Below, piece after piece: positions 1 through 10,171 of a stretch of 40,019 nucleotides of DNA (positions are counted from its first letter, which is position 1; the number at the start of each line of letters is the position of its first letter). The notes under the pieces were generated by a model. It made no database searches and had not been told where the DNA came from. It worked only from the letters and a program-made list of their open reading frames with translations. The stretch lies in the sequence record SRR22947727_5066. One strand, 5' to 3'. The translations under genes and the position numbers were made by a program.

Positions 1-1410
1 TCACGCCAAAATCGATTTCAGCACCTTTCCGTGCACATCGGTCAGACGGCGATCAATTCCGTTATTATAAAACGAAAGCTGTTCGTGATCAAATCCCAGC
101 AGATGTAGAACGGTTGCGTAGAAGTCCCACACGGAAGTCTTCCCCGTTTGAGCGCGTCGCCCAAATTCATCGGTTGAGCCGTAGCTTGTCCCACCTTTGA
201 TTCCAGCCCCCATCATCCAGCAAGTCAGCGCATCGGGATTGTGATCACGCCCCGCCGTCCCAGCTTGGTGAGTCGGCATGCGGCCGAATTCGGTGGTCCA
301 CAGAATCAGAGTGTCCTCAAGCATTCCGCGACTTTTCAAATCGCTCAGCAAGGCTGCGGTCGGCTGATCAAAAATCGGTCCGTGACGCTCGTAATCGCTC
401 TTCAATGTCTTGTGAGCATCCCAATTCAACAAGCCATCGACACCGGATGCTCGTGATGCACAATACAAATTCACATAGCGAACACCGCGCTCCAGCAAAC
501 GACGCGCAAGTGCGCAGTTGTTGGCATAACCGGCCTTGAGGTGATTCGGATCATCCATTCCGTAGGCTTTTCTAATCGATGCCGGCTCCGATGAAAGATC
601 GGAAACTTCGGGAGCACTTAACTGCATTCGCGCAGCGAGTTCATAAGCTTTCATCCGCGCCTGAAGATCGCTGAGTCCCGGATTTTTTTCCAAATGCGCT
701 TCATTCAGTTTCTTTAAAAAATCACGGGAATCAGCTTCCTGCTTCAGAGAAATCCCCTTCGGCAAATCAATGTTCCGAATCGGATTCTGAGCGTTCATCA
801 TGATCGCTTGATGCTGAGCAGGCAGAAATCCATTCGTCCAGTTGGCCTTGCCATTCGGCGGCTCGCCGCGCATGTCGGTAATCGCCACATAGGCAGGCAG
901 GTCATCAGTCAGACTGCCCATCGCATAACTAGCCCAGGCTCCAGCTGCGGGAAACCCCTCGTCGACAAAACCTGTATTCAGAAAAATACAGCCGGGTCCG
1001 TGCGTGTTGGTTTTTGACCACATTCCATGAAGAAACGCGATGTCATCCGCGTGCTCAGCCATATGCGGCAGGAGCGTGGAGAACATCTTACCTGACTGCC
1101 CTGCCGGTTTGAAATCCCAGGGCGACTTCATCAGATTTCCGTTCTTTCCCTGAAACGACGAAAACCCTTCTTCACCCGGAAGCGGCTGGCCTGAACGCTT
1201 TTCGAGTTCCGGTTTGTGCTCCCACAAATCGACGTGTGAAGCAGCCCCTGGACAAAAAATCTGCAGCACCCGCTTCGCTTTGGGCGCAATCAATGCTGGT
1301 TTCTTTTCCGCAAAAAGATCGCGTTGTAGCAAGCTCGAAAGGCCAATCCCAGCCATGGCGGACGGGACTTTTTCGAGAAAATGACGGCGGGTGAGATCGA
1401 ACGGATTCAT
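1..1410 (-). CDS. DUF1501 domain-containing protein (PVC family), probable Tat substrate
   Basis: 469-aa ORF; N-terminal TRRHFL twin-arginine motif; PKAKRVLQIF, GAASHVDLW, WDAH, EFGRMP, GRDHNP and C-terminal RLTDVHG motifs typical of DUF1501; 9 bp downstream of a PSD1 gene, its usual partner. Confidence 0.9.
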   Translation of the reverse strand: MNPFDLTRRHFLEKVPSAMAGIGLSSLLQRDLFAEKKPALIAPKAKRVLQIFCPGAASHVDLWEHKPELEKRSGQPLPGEEGFSSFQGKNGNLMKSPWDFKPAGQSGKMFSTLLPHMAEHADDIAFLHGMWSKTNTHGPGCIFLNTGFVDEGFPAAGAWASYAMGSLTDDLPAYVAITDMRGEPPNGKANWTNGFLPAQHQAIMMNAQNPIRNIDLPKGISLKQEADSRDFLKKLNEAHLEKNPGLSDLQARMKAYELAARMQLSAPEVSDLSSEPASIRKAYGMDDPNHLKAGYANNCALARRLLERGVRYVNLYCASRASGVDGLLNWDAHKTLKSDYERHGPIFDQPTAALLSDLKSRGMLEDTLILWTTEFGRMPTHQAGTAGRDHNPDALTCWMMGAGIKGGTSYGSTDEFGRRAQTGKTSVWDFYATVLHLLGFDHEQLSFYNNGIDRRLTDVHGKVLKSILA

Positions 1411-1419
1411 GCGGAAAAG

Positions 1420-4236
1420 TCAATTGAGGAAGATCAGTTCGTTCGAATTAAAAAGAGCGCGGGATAAAGCCTTCAGCCCATGTTCCGAAACCAGCTTGGC
1501 AGAAGCAGTGCGCTCCTGCTCTGTTGGCTTCCGGCCAAAAATCAGTTCGAACGCATTGTCGATTTGCGCGCCAGTTTCCGCATTACCTTTCCCGACTCGT
1601 TCCGCAAAAAAGCCTGCCATTTCAACGGTGAATGAATGATTCATCAATGTAAGCGCCTGAAGCGGAGTTGTCGTGCTGGCTCGGCGAGGCGTTGCGGTGG
1701 CTGGATCAGGGCAATCAAACTCAGTCAACAAATCCAGCTGAGCTGCTCGCGGATTCTGATGATAAACCCCACGCCTCCACGTTTCGGCACCATGAACATC
1801 GAGTGGAAAATACGTGCAGACATTATCCTGGGTGAATTTGTAGAGCCGAAATCCCGGTCCGCCCATTGTAAGATCAAGTTTACCCGCAACCGTAAGCATG
1901 GTGTCGCGAATCTCTTCGGCCGAAAGCCGACGTGGAGGAAAGCGCCACAACAAACGGGAATCTGAATCAACCGCCGCTGCCTTTTCATCGAAATCGGTTG
2001 ATTGCTGATACGTCTCTGAAAGCAGAATCTCGCGATGAAGCGGTTTCCATCGCCAGCCGTTTTCTTGAAGCTGCAGCGCCAAATAATCGAGCAGCTCAGG
2101 ATGCGTCGGACGGGCGCCCATGTATCCAAAATCTGACGGCGTCGCCACAATCCCCGTTCCGAAATGATAATGCCAAACGCGATTCGCAAGGACTCGCAAC
2201 GTTAGCGGATTATCCTGATGGGCGATCCATTTTGCCATGGCGTGACGTCTTTCCGCTTCTGGAGTTTTTGAATCGTTAGTGAACTTCGGAATTCCCGCCG
2301 AAACCATGCTGAGACTAGCCGGAACGATTTCGATGCCCGCTTTATTTGGATCACCGCCAATTGCTAAATGTGTAGGCTTGTCAGGCTGAACAAAATTCCC
2401 CGCCCACATTATGGGTAACGGCTGTACAGCGCGAAGCTTGGCATTTGCCGCTCCGAGTTCTCCTTTCATTTTAGCCAGCTCTGCTTTGTCTGAGTCGGAG
2501 ACTCCAAACCGCATGAGACGAGCATTTTCGAACGCTTTATTAATCGGCTCGCGGTCCCATGACTCAGCAACTCGCGTCCAGTTTTCACCGTCCTCGCTCA
2601 CTTCGATCCGATATTCTCCGACAAAGGTCATCTTGCTGTGGCCCGGCAAATCTTTCGGTCGATCACTCGAAAACACGACTTTGTTGATCCGTTCCGGCTT
2701 CGAAAATTCAATCGTCAATTGATGGTTTCCGGCTGAAATCCAGCGCCGGCCAAAATTCCCATCGTTCACCAGCCCCGCTCCGTAGGCGTTCGCGGCGTTG
2801 TCAGTCGAATCCTGAACCGCGCGCCCCGCCCCGGTTGCAATTCCTCCATTGCTCGCCAGTGCCACGTTGCGAGGGGTTTTTTCTGCAGACCACACTTCAA
2901 ATTCATCCAACCGAATTCCGTTTTTTGCAGGACTCGTGTCGTTCGAAAATGGACTGAGCCTTACAAATTTGGCGAGAATGGGCTTGAACGAATCTTCGGT
3001 TCCCGTTCGATCCATTTTTGCCCGGGTCGTTTTCCGGAGCACATCCGGCTTCGCCCGGGCTTGCGCCAAAAGATCAGCTTCCCGCTTCGAAACCAGCGGC
3101 GTCATTTCATCAACTACCTTCTTGAGAGGCACCACCGCATCCTGATGAGCTTTCGCCGCCGCGGGTGTCGCGATGGTCCGCTCGCCCTGCTTTACGCCTT
3201 CAAAAGTCGCTCGCAGCCGGTAATAATCAGCCTGCTCAATCGGGTCGAATTTATGATCGTGGCACTTCGCGCAATTTACCGTCAGGCCAAGAAACGCCGA
3301 GCCCGTTGCGGTAATCATTCCATCCAGCGTGTTGGCGCGGATGATATTTTTCTGCGCCGCATCCTGATTTCCCACGTCGTCATAGGGACCTGCCACAAGA
3401 AATGCAGTCGCCACTTCGATGTTAGGATTCCCCTTTCCCACCACGTCTCCGGCAAGATGCTCGGTAATGAACTGATTAAACGGCTTGTCGTCGTTGATCG
3501 AATTGATGACGTAGTCCCGAAACGGCCAGATATTATCGATGATCACATTGCGCTCGTAGCCACGGCTTTCCCCAAAACGAACGACATCCAACCAGTGCCG
3601 CCCCCAGCGCTCGCCATATCGCGGCGAAGCCAAAAGCCGATCAATTACCTTTTCCCACGCCTTCGGATCGGTGTCTTTTTCAAAAGCGGACATCTCTTCA
3701 ATCGTCGGCGGCAATCCCGTTAAATCATAAGTCACGCGACGAAGTAAATCGCGTCGGTTCGCCTTCAGGTTTCGCATCAGACCTTTTTCAGCCAGCTTTT
3801 CATCAATAAAAGCATCTATCGAATCCAACTTCGGTTTCGTCAATTTCTGATACGCCCACCACGTTTTATCCGCCTTCGAAGCCTCTTTCAAAACTAGCCC
3901 ATCCGGCCAGTTTGCCCCTTCATCGATCCACTTCCGAAGCATCTCCGCTTCAGCGTCAGTCAGCGGTTCGCCTTCATCCGGCATCTCCGGTTTTTCACCG
4001 GGCTCTTCCGGCGTAGCAACCAGATAGATGTCACTTTGCAGCGCCTTACCCGGCACGAGGTGTTTCTTCAAAACCGAAGCGGCGTTGTCGAGATTCACGT
4101 CGCCTTTCGTTAAATTGGCATTGTGACAACCGAGGCATTTCTTCTCCAAAACGGGCTGAATTTCCCGAACAAAATCGACCTCTGCCCAACTCGATTGCGC
4201 AAGGAAAATCAAGATCGCGAAACTGCGGAATACCAT
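1420..4236 (-). CDS. PSD1/planctomycete cytochrome c protein (DUF1549 + DUF1553) with internal discoidin-like domain
   Basis: 938 aa; signal peptide; CLGCH and CAKCHDHKFDP heme motifs; YGERWGRHWLD, PTHPELLDYLA, RRLSAEEIRD and TTPLQAL motifs; NVALASNGG..RW.S beta-sandwich insert. Confidence 0.9.
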   Translation of the reverse strand: MVFRSFAILIFLAQSSWAEVDFVREIQPVLEKKCLGCHNANLTKGDVNLDNAASVLKKHLVPGKALQSDIYLVATPEEPGEKPEMPDEGEPLTDAEAEMLRKWIDEGANWPDGLVLKEASKADKTWWAYQKLTKPKLDSIDAFIDEKLAEKGLMRNLKANRRDLLRRVTYDLTGLPPTIEEMSAFEKDTDPKAWEKVIDRLLASPRYGERWGRHWLDVVRFGESRGYERNVIIDNIWPFRDYVINSINDDKPFNQFITEHLAGDVVGKGNPNIEVATAFLVAGPYDDVGNQDAAQKNIIRANTLDGMITATGSAFLGLTVNCAKCHDHKFDPIEQADYYRLRATFEGVKQGERTIATPAAAKAHQDAVVPLKKVVDEMTPLVSKREADLLAQARAKPDVLRKTTRAKMDRTGTEDSFKPILAKFVRLSPFSNDTSPAKNGIRLDEFEVWSAEKTPRNVALASNGGIATGAGRAVQDSTDNAANAYGAGLVNDGNFGRRWISAGNHQLTIEFSKPERINKVVFSSDRPKDLPGHSKMTFVGEYRIEVSEDGENWTRVAESWDREPINKAFENARLMRFGVSDSDKAELAKMKGELGAANAKLRAVQPLPIMWAGNFVQPDKPTHLAIGGDPNKAGIEIVPASLSMVSAGIPKFTNDSKTPEAERRHAMAKWIAHQDNPLTLRVLANRVWHYHFGTGIVATPSDFGYMGARPTHPELLDYLALQLQENGWRWKPLHREILLSETYQQSTDFDEKAAAVDSDSRLLWRFPPRRLSAEEIRDTMLTVAGKLDLTMGGPGFRLYKFTQDNVCTYFPLDVHGAETWRRGVYHQNPRAAQLDLLTEFDCPDPATATPRRASTTTPLQALTLMNHSFTVEMAGFFAERVGKGNAETGAQIDNAFELIFGRKPTEQERTASAKLVSEHGLKALSRALFNSNELIFLN

Positions 4237-4306
4237 TAGAAAACCTTATTGGAAAATGAATGCCCCGCCAATGCCGCAAACGCGTACTTCTCCAAGCGAT
4301 GTCTTC

Positions 4307-4594
4307 CTAAATATGGCGTTTCAAATCCATTTCGCAGTGCAACACCCGGGCCACTTCAAGTCGCGATTCCTCAATCCGAAATAGAATCAGATGTTCACCG
4401 AATGAAGCGATTTGGCAGCTTGGAAAAAGATCATTCCTAAAGCGGAATTTCTCAGGTGTTTCTGAAATCTCATTCAGTTTATCCCAAATTTCTGTGAGAT
4501 ATTTCTCTTCCTGATGTTCACCCCAGTTCCCGAGCGTATAAGCGCTAATCGATTGATGATCAAAGACCGCTGAGTCGGAAAGGTGAGCAGTCAT
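4307..4594 (-). CDS. Type II TA toxin, RelE/ParE family
   Basis: 95 aa; YT..NWG..Q..KY and C-terminal EVARVLH..MDLKRH; start overlaps the antitoxin stop by 4 nt. Confidence 0.85.
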   Translation of the reverse strand: MTAHLSDSAVFDHQSISAYTLGNWGEHQEEKYLTEIWDKLNEISETPEKFRFRNDLFPSCQIASFGEHLILFRIEESRLEVARVLHCEMDLKRHI

Positions 4595-4827
4595 TTCCGA
4601 CCGCGAGCCATTTTGAGGAAATCAGCTTTCGAATTGACCTCTGTCTTCTTCCCTGACTCCAATTCGCGATATCCAACTTCCGCATTCTGTTTCAGCTTGA
4701 TCGCTTCTTCTGCCTGAATGGATTGACGAAGGGCTTCACGAATCACTTCACTCGCATTGTTGTAGAGCCCCGATTCAACTCGATCTTTTACGACGGCTTC
4801 AAGTGCAGGAGTTAGCGATACATTCAT
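4591..4827 (-). CDS. Type II TA antitoxin, ParD family (ribbon-helix-helix)
   Basis: MNVSLTPALE..V..RVESGLYNNASEVIREALR signature. Confidence 0.92.
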   Translation of the reverse strand: MNVSLTPALEAVVKDRVESGLYNNASEVIREALRQSIQAEEAIKLKQNAEVGYRELESGKKTEVNSKADFLKMARGRK

Positions 4828-4829
4828 TT

Positions 4830-4860
4830 CTTATAATTCATTTATAACAAGGTTTGTCAA
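4830..4860 (-). promoter_or_regulatory. Candidate sigma70 promoter/operator of the parDE operon
   Basis: TTGACA (4860-4855) followed by an AT-rich stretch with two TTATAA palindromes just upstream of the ATG; -10 spacing imperfect. Confidence 0.4.
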
Positions 4861-4894
4861 ACTTCGTTATTTTTAGCCCAAATTGAGCCCCACC

Positions 4895-4939
4895 ACGAAC
4901 CAATAGTATCTGTTCAATAAACCAACCCTATTGGTTCGT
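4895..4939. repeat. 45-nt palindromic intergenic repeat, copy 1
   Basis: ACGAACCAATAG (4895-4906) and CTATTGGTTCGT (4928-4939) form a perfect 12-bp inverted repeat; similar to copies at 12994, 29761 and 39991. Confidence 0.85.
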
Positions 4940-5104
4940 ACAGAGCATAATACGCCCTGATTTTTGGAACGGGGATTTTTGGCAATTTACGGGGAATTTT
5001 TCCGGCCTCTGTGTGCTCTGTGCCCCAGCGCGACATTTCTTTCCTCACATCCACCGACACAAACGCTGCTTGAGTTTGCGGAAAAATTAGCGAACCGTCC
5101 GAGC

Positions 5105-6847
5105 ATGTCTGAAAACGCTGAATCGACGACAACCAACCGCAATGCTGGAATCCTCATTCCCGTGTTTTCGATTCGTAAGGATTCTGATCTGGGAATCGGC
5201 GATGTGGCCGGCCTTCGAAGTTTGATCAATTGGGCTGCTGAGACCGGCGTTGAATTTCTTCAGTTGCTTCCCATCAATGAAACAGGAACGGACAACTCGC
5301 CTTACAACGCGATCAGCTCGGTCGCGCTGGAGCCACTCACGCTTGATTGCTCGCCGAATGGCCTGCCTGAGCTGACCCAGGAAGTTTACGAAGATGTGCT
5401 CGGGAAATACGATATCCGGCACCTTCGCATTGGGCCGGTGAAATACGAACAGGTTCGCATTTTGAAGCTGGATTTGCTCTGGCGCGCGTTTTCCGTTTTT
5501 GAAAGCGAACACTTTCAGCGGGGAACTTCCCAGGACGATGCCTTTCATCTGTTCTGCGATTTGGAAGCGAAATGGCTCGGTGACTATTGCCTTTATCGCC
5601 TCCTGATGGACATGGAAGAGGGGCAGCAAAGCTGGCCGGAATGGAATTCCAATTACGATTCCATCGCGAAGGCTCGCGACTTCGTCGACAAACTGCTCGA
5701 TGTCGAACCGGTCAAAACAGAGCGACAGCTGGTTTATTACGCCTACATTCAGTGGATAGCGTTCACTCAGTGGCGCGGCGTTTCTGCGTATGCGAAGGAC
5801 AATGGCGTTCGCCTGATGGGAGACATTCCCTTCGGCGTCAGCCTGAACAGCGCTGATGTATTTGCGAATCCCGAGATTTTCGATCTCAATTGGTATGGCG
5901 GCGCTCCGCCGGAAACCCTGTTCAAAGACGATGAATTTGTCCAGAAGTGGGGCCAGAACTGGGGCATCCCCCTTTACCGATGGGACGTGCTGAAAGAGCG
6001 CGATTACGATTGGTGGCGGCAGCGCGTTGGCAAAACAGTCGATATCTTCTCCATGTTCCGCGTTGATCACGCTCTGGGATTTTATCGAATCTACTCATTT
6101 CCCTGGAATCCAGTCAGAAACAGCGAGTTTTTACCGCTTTCAGAAGACGAAGCTGCAGAACGTTGCGACGGCAAACGCCCCTGTTTCAAGCCGCGTTCGG
6201 ACGATAATCACGACGACGCGATGGCGAATAAAGAGCAGGGCAAAGTTTACCTGAAAATGCTGCAAGAAGCTGCCGGTGAAGCGGAAGTTATCGCAGAAGA
6301 TCTCGGAATGGTTCCCGACTACGTTCGCCCCAGCCTTGCTTATCTAAACATCGCCGGAATGAAAGTGCCGCAGTGGGAGCATTCTGACGGTGGCGTGACT
6401 CCCGGCTCAGATTACCCGCACGTCTCTTTCGCCGCGTATGCCACTCACGACCACGCGCCACTGAAAGCTCAGTGGAACGAGCAACGTCAACTGCTGGCCA
6501 ACGCAGAGTTTGAGAGCCACGAATGGTGGGAGGCTCACGGAGTATTGAAATCACTGAGCCAGTTTGCAGGGATTGAGTTTGATGCCGCCCATGTTCCTGA
6601 ATATTCAGACGAGATTCGTGAATCCCTGTTGCGTGCTCTTTTCGAAAGCAGCAGCCGGGACGTTGCTGTCATGATTTCCGATCTTCTCGGGTTTGAAGAA
6701 CGCATCAATGTTCCCGGCATTATGGATGGCGTGAACTGGGCGTGGCGTCTCGACATGACCGTTGATGAACTCCGCAAAAATCCGCACTGGGCGTATTTGA
6801 ATCGGCGGATGAAGAAGATGCTGCAGGAGTCAGGGCGGGCAAGTTAG
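5105..6847 (+). CDS. malQ: 4-alpha-glucanotransferase (amylomaltase, GH77)
   Basis: GILIPVFS, LGIGD, QLLPINE, SPY, GDIPFGV, GAPP, GQNWGIPLY, RVDHALGF, IAEDLG, THDH and INVPG motifs; ATG 5105 preferred over the ORF-track start 4964. Confidence 0.93.
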   Translation: MSENAESTTTNRNAGILIPVFSIRKDSDLGIGDVAGLRSLINWAAETGVEFLQLLPINETGTDNSPYNAISSVALEPLTLDCSPNGLPELTQEVYEDVLGKYDIRHLRIGPVKYEQVRILKLDLLWRAFSVFESEHFQRGTSQDDAFHLFCDLEAKWLGDYCLYRLLMDMEEGQQSWPEWNSNYDSIAKARDFVDKLLDVEPVKTERQLVYYAYIQWIAFTQWRGVSAYAKDNGVRLMGDIPFGVSLNSADVFANPEIFDLNWYGGAPPETLFKDDEFVQKWGQNWGIPLYRWDVLKERDYDWWRQRVGKTVDIFSMFRVDHALGFYRIYSFPWNPVRNSEFLPLSEDEAAERCDGKRPCFKPRSDDNHDDAMANKEQGKVYLKMLQEAAGEAEVIAEDLGMVPDYVRPSLAYLNIAGMKVPQWEHSDGGVTPGSDYPHVSFAAYATHDHAPLKAQWNEQRQLLANAEFESHEWWEAHGVLKSLSQFAGIEFDAAHVPEYSDEIRESLLRALFESSSRDVAVMISDLLGFEERINVPGIMDGVNWAWRLDMTVDELRKNPHWAYLNRRMKKMLQESGRAS

Positions 6848-7253
6848 ACTATGTATTTTCTGGCGTTTGCCAAAACGAGTTGATTTATTCTGATAAATTC
6901 CCTCTCGTTCAAAGTCGCTATTGAATGGCCGTAATGAAGACAGGTCGCTCCAATGATCATATCGTGGGGGCCAATCTTGTTGCCGTTCTGTTCCATCTCT
7001 GCCCAAAGTTTTGCATGTTCTCGAGCGCAGCCCAAATCGAAATCAATCACAGATATTTCGGCCAGAATGCTTTCCACAAATCGCTCACGTTTCGCTTTGA
7101 TTTGAGGCGAGGCAGCACGATGAACTGTTCCGACGCGTTGGTTGATGTGATGAAAATCGGAGTTGAAGGAGCTTCTGCGATAAGGAATTTGGAGATCTGA
7201 AATTTTTGTCTCTCGGCTGCGATCAAAATCGAGCTATCGAGAACTAATCCCAT
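6844..7253 (-). pseudogene. VapC/PIN-domain toxin, frameshifted
   Basis: The N-part MGLVLDSSILIAAER..ASE (7253-7128) continues in another frame as VHRAASPQIKAKRERFVESIL..IGPHDMIIGATCL..ATLNEREF; small deletion near 7126. Confidence 0.85.
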
Positions 7254-7510
7254 TTTCCCTCCGGCATTTCGAGACCATTTCGAGATGCTTCCACATCTTC
7301 AGCGAACGAGTTCGCATCGTCAGAATCAAGATGACTGATATGGGTAGCCCAACGTTCAGCTAGGTCCGCCCCAAGGACACTGCACCCGCCAACCGGAGAA
7401 ACCCTCGCCATAGGTTCACCCGAGCGAACCAATATTGTCGATTCGCTCCGATAATACGTGCGATTTATGAGATCAGCGAAGTTTCGAGAGGCCTCGGTGA
7501 CTGTGATTCG
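7244..7510 (-). pseudogene. Phd/YefM-family antitoxin lacking a canonical start codon
   Basis: Frame extends upstream of the ORF-track start as RITVTEASRNFADLINRTYYRSESTILVRSGEPMARVSP; in-frame TAA at 7526-7528 with no ATG/GTG/TTG in between; overlaps the vapC start. Confidence 0.75.
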
Positions 7511-7775
7511 GCGCGAGCGGCGCGGTTAAAACAAGTCGGCCGCCATCAAATGGTTCGACGCTTACACCCATTGCTTTCGACAAAGAGATTTGATCGTGGA
7601 AAAATTGCTCGGTCTCGGCAAGAAATGACGCGTCGCTCATAACAGTGAAGCGAACTTACCCATCTTCGAATGCGCAATGCAACAGGCGCAGTCATTCAAA
7701 TGATGAACCGTTTTCTGAAATTTCTGTAAAAAACCGCTGTAATTCCCACGATTCCCGCCTAAAAATTTCCCTATC

Positions 7776-8759
7776 ATGAGCGCTCCAATCAATGTTGCAG
7801 TGACCGGCGCGGCTGGTCAAATCGGTTATTCCCTTCTCGTCCGTATCGCCAGTGGCGCGATGTTCGGGCCGGATCAAAAAGTAAAACTTCACCTCATCGA
7901 AATCGAGCCCGGTATGAAGGCGCTCGAAGGTGTCGTCATGGAGCTTGATGATTGCGCGTTTCCGCTTCTCGATGGAATCGTTGCGACAAGCGATCTGAAT
8001 GCTGGATTTGACGGCGTTAACTGGGCGCTGTTGGTCGGTTCAGTTCCACGCGGAAAAGGCATGGAGCGTAAGGATCTTCTCACCATCAATGGCGGAATTT
8101 TCACCGGACAAGGCCAGGCAATCGCCGCCAATGCGGCTTCAGATGTTCGCACGCTGGTTGTTGGAAATCCTTGCAACACCAACTGCTTCATTGCGATGAC
8201 CGCAGCGAAGGACGTGCCAAACGATCAGTTTTTCGCGATGACTCGTCTCGACGAGAACCGCGCCAAGACTCAGTTGGCTCAGAAAGCTGGAGTTCACGTG
8301 ACTGAAGTTTCCAACACCACGATTTGGGGAAACCACTCCGCGACGCAGTATCCTGATTTTTACAATGCTAAAATCGGCGGCAAGTCAGCCGCAGACGTGA
8401 TCGGTGACGAAGCATGGTGCCAGAACGAGTTTATCCCAATCGTTCAGAAGCGCGGTGCAGCAATAATTGAAGCACGCGGACTATCATCAGCTGCATCCGC
8501 AGCAAATGCAGTGGTCGACACCGTTCGCGGTCTGACTACTCCAACTCCGGCTGGCGAAACACACAGTGTTTGTGTTTGCTCAGACGGCAGCTACGGCATC
8601 GACAAAGGCCTTATCGCGGGTTTCCCGATCATTTCCGATGGGAAAAACTGGAGCATCGCTGAAGACCACGAGCACAATGATTTCGCGAAAGGAAAGATCG
8701 AAGCAAGTGTTCAAGAGCTTCGCGAAGAAAAGGAAGCCGTCGCTGACCTTCTGGTCTAA
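7776..8759 (+). CDS. mdh: Malate dehydrogenase
   Basis: [53 protein letters not shown] and SSAASAANA motifs. Confidence 0.97.
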   Translation: MSAPINVAVTGAAGQIGYSLLVRIASGAMFGPDQKVKLHLIEIEPGMKALEGVVMELDDCAFPLLDGIVATSDLNAGFDGVNWALLVGSVPRGKGMERKDLLTINGGIFTGQGQAIAANAASDVRTLVVGNPCNTNCFIAMTAAKDVPNDQFFAMTRLDENRAKTQLAQKAGVHVTEVSNTTIWGNHSATQYPDFYNAKIGGKSAADVIGDEAWCQNEFIPIVQKRGAAIIEARGLSSAASAANAVVDTVRGLTTPTPAGETHSVCVCSDGSYGIDKGLIAGFPIISDGKNWSIAEDHEHNDFAKGKIEASVQELREEKEAVADLLV

Positions 8760-8788
8760 GACGGACAACCTACCTGCAGACAAATTCA

Positions 8789-8834
8789 GGGCAGTCGGGG
8801 GCGCTTTTCGAAGCGAATCTCACTGCCCGTTTTT
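8789..8834 (+). terminator. Probable intrinsic terminator after mdh
   Basis: GGGCAGT/ACTGCCC outer stem, inner CGCTT-TTCG-AAGCG hairpin, followed by GTTTTT. Confidence 0.65.
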
Positions 8835-8945
8835 GTGTCCATTTTTAAAAACCAATTTTACCCGCTCGGCCACCTCTCTGAAACTTGACAACACCGCCCT
8901 GCCCTCGGAAAGTCCGCGCAAAACCAAGTTCCCTTCTTTTAATTT

Positions 8946-10160
8946 ATGAAAATCGCATTTCTCACCGCTGGCGGTATCGCTCCGTGTTTGTCTTCTTCAA
9001 TCGGAGCACTGATTCACAACTACAACACGCTCGCTCCAGACGCGGAGCTGGTGGCGTATTTGAATGGCTACCAGGGCTTGCTCCTCGGCAAGTCAATCCC
9101 ATTTGGTCAGGAAGTTCGCGACAACTGCGAGAAATTCTACAAATTTGGTGGAAGCGCGATCGGCAACAGCCGGGTGAAGCTCACCAACAAGGAAGACTGC
9201 GAAAATCGCGGTCTAGTGCAGCCGGGTGAAGATCCTCTCGAGGTGGCTGCAGAGCGTCTTAAATCAGACGGCATCGACATTTTACACACCATTGGTGGAG
9301 ACGACACCAACACCACAGCGGCTGATCTTGCCGGATATTTGGAGAAAAACGGCTACGGACTGACTGTCGTTGGCCTTCCCAAGACAGTCGACAACGACGT
9401 TTTCCCAATCAAACAGACGCTCGGTGCCTGGACTGCATCCGAAGAAAGCGCCAAGTTTTTCACCAACATCGTGAACGAGAATACCACGTCAGCCCGTCAG
9501 CTCATCATTCACGAAGTGATGGGCCGTGCCTGTGGATGGCTCACGGCGCATGCCGCTCTCGATTACCGTGCGACACTCGACAATTACAGCTGGCTTCCAG
9601 AAGCGCTTTTGGACAAAGCTCGCTGGGATATCGATGCGGTTTGGGTTCCTGAAATGGATGTTGACCTCGACGTCGAAGCACCCCGTCTCAAGGCAAACAT
9701 GGACAAAAACGACTGCGTGAACATTTTCCTCAGTGAAGGTGCTGGAGTCGACACCATTGTTCGTCAGATCGAAGCCGAAACCGGCGAGCCGATGAAACGC
9801 GATGCCTTTGGCCACGTCCGTCTCGACGAAGTGAACGTCGGTCAGTGGTTCGCTAAAGAACTTAAGGAAAGGCTCGGCACGGGGAAGGTGCTCGTTCAGA
9901 AAAGCGGTTACTTCGCACGGAGTGCTGCACCGAATGATCGTGACCTCGAATTAATCAAGGAGAGCGCTGCTCATGCCGCTAAATCGGCCCTCGAAGGCGT
10001 CAGCGGTGTTGCTGGTCTCGACGAAGACAACGGCGGCAAGATGTCCACCGTCGCTTTCCCTCGGATCGCCGGTCACAAGCCATTCGATATCGATACCGAT
10101 TGGTTCGTCGAAATGCTCGGTGAAATTGGTCAGGAAAAAGGTGCGAAAATCGAGCATTGA
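8946..10160 (+). CDS. pfp: Pyrophosphate-dependent phosphofructokinase
   Basis: LTAGGIAPCL, GGSAIGNSRVKLTN, GGDDT (Asp indicating PPi specificity), LPKTVDND, HEVMGRACGWL and QKSGYFARS motifs. Confidence 0.93.
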   Translation: MKIAFLTAGGIAPCLSSSIGALIHNYNTLAPDAELVAYLNGYQGLLLGKSIPFGQEVRDNCEKFYKFGGSAIGNSRVKLTNKEDCENRGLVQPGEDPLEVAAERLKSDGIDILHTIGGDDTNTTAADLAGYLEKNGYGLTVVGLPKTVDNDVFPIKQTLGAWTASEESAKFFTNIVNENTTSARQLIIHEVMGRACGWLTAHAALDYRATLDNYSWLPEALLDKARWDIDAVWVPEMDVDLDVEAPRLKANMDKNDCVNIFLSEGAGVDTIVRQIEAETGEPMKRDAFGHVRLDEVNVGQWFAKELKERLGTGKVLVQKSGYFARSAAPNDRDLELIKESAAHAAKSALEGVSGVAGLDEDNGGKMSTVAFPRIAGHKPFDIDTDWFVEMLGEIGQEKGAKIEH

Positions 10161-10171
10161 TTCCCTGCTTG

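Noticed and set aside
5087-6070. 327-aa antisense ORF inside malQ
   Set aside because: Shadow ORF of a well-supported gene.
7529-7628. Short plus-strand frame NKSAAIKWFDAYTHCF..LGLGKK as a gene remnant
   Set aside because: No start codon and no recognisable family; cannot be supported without a search.
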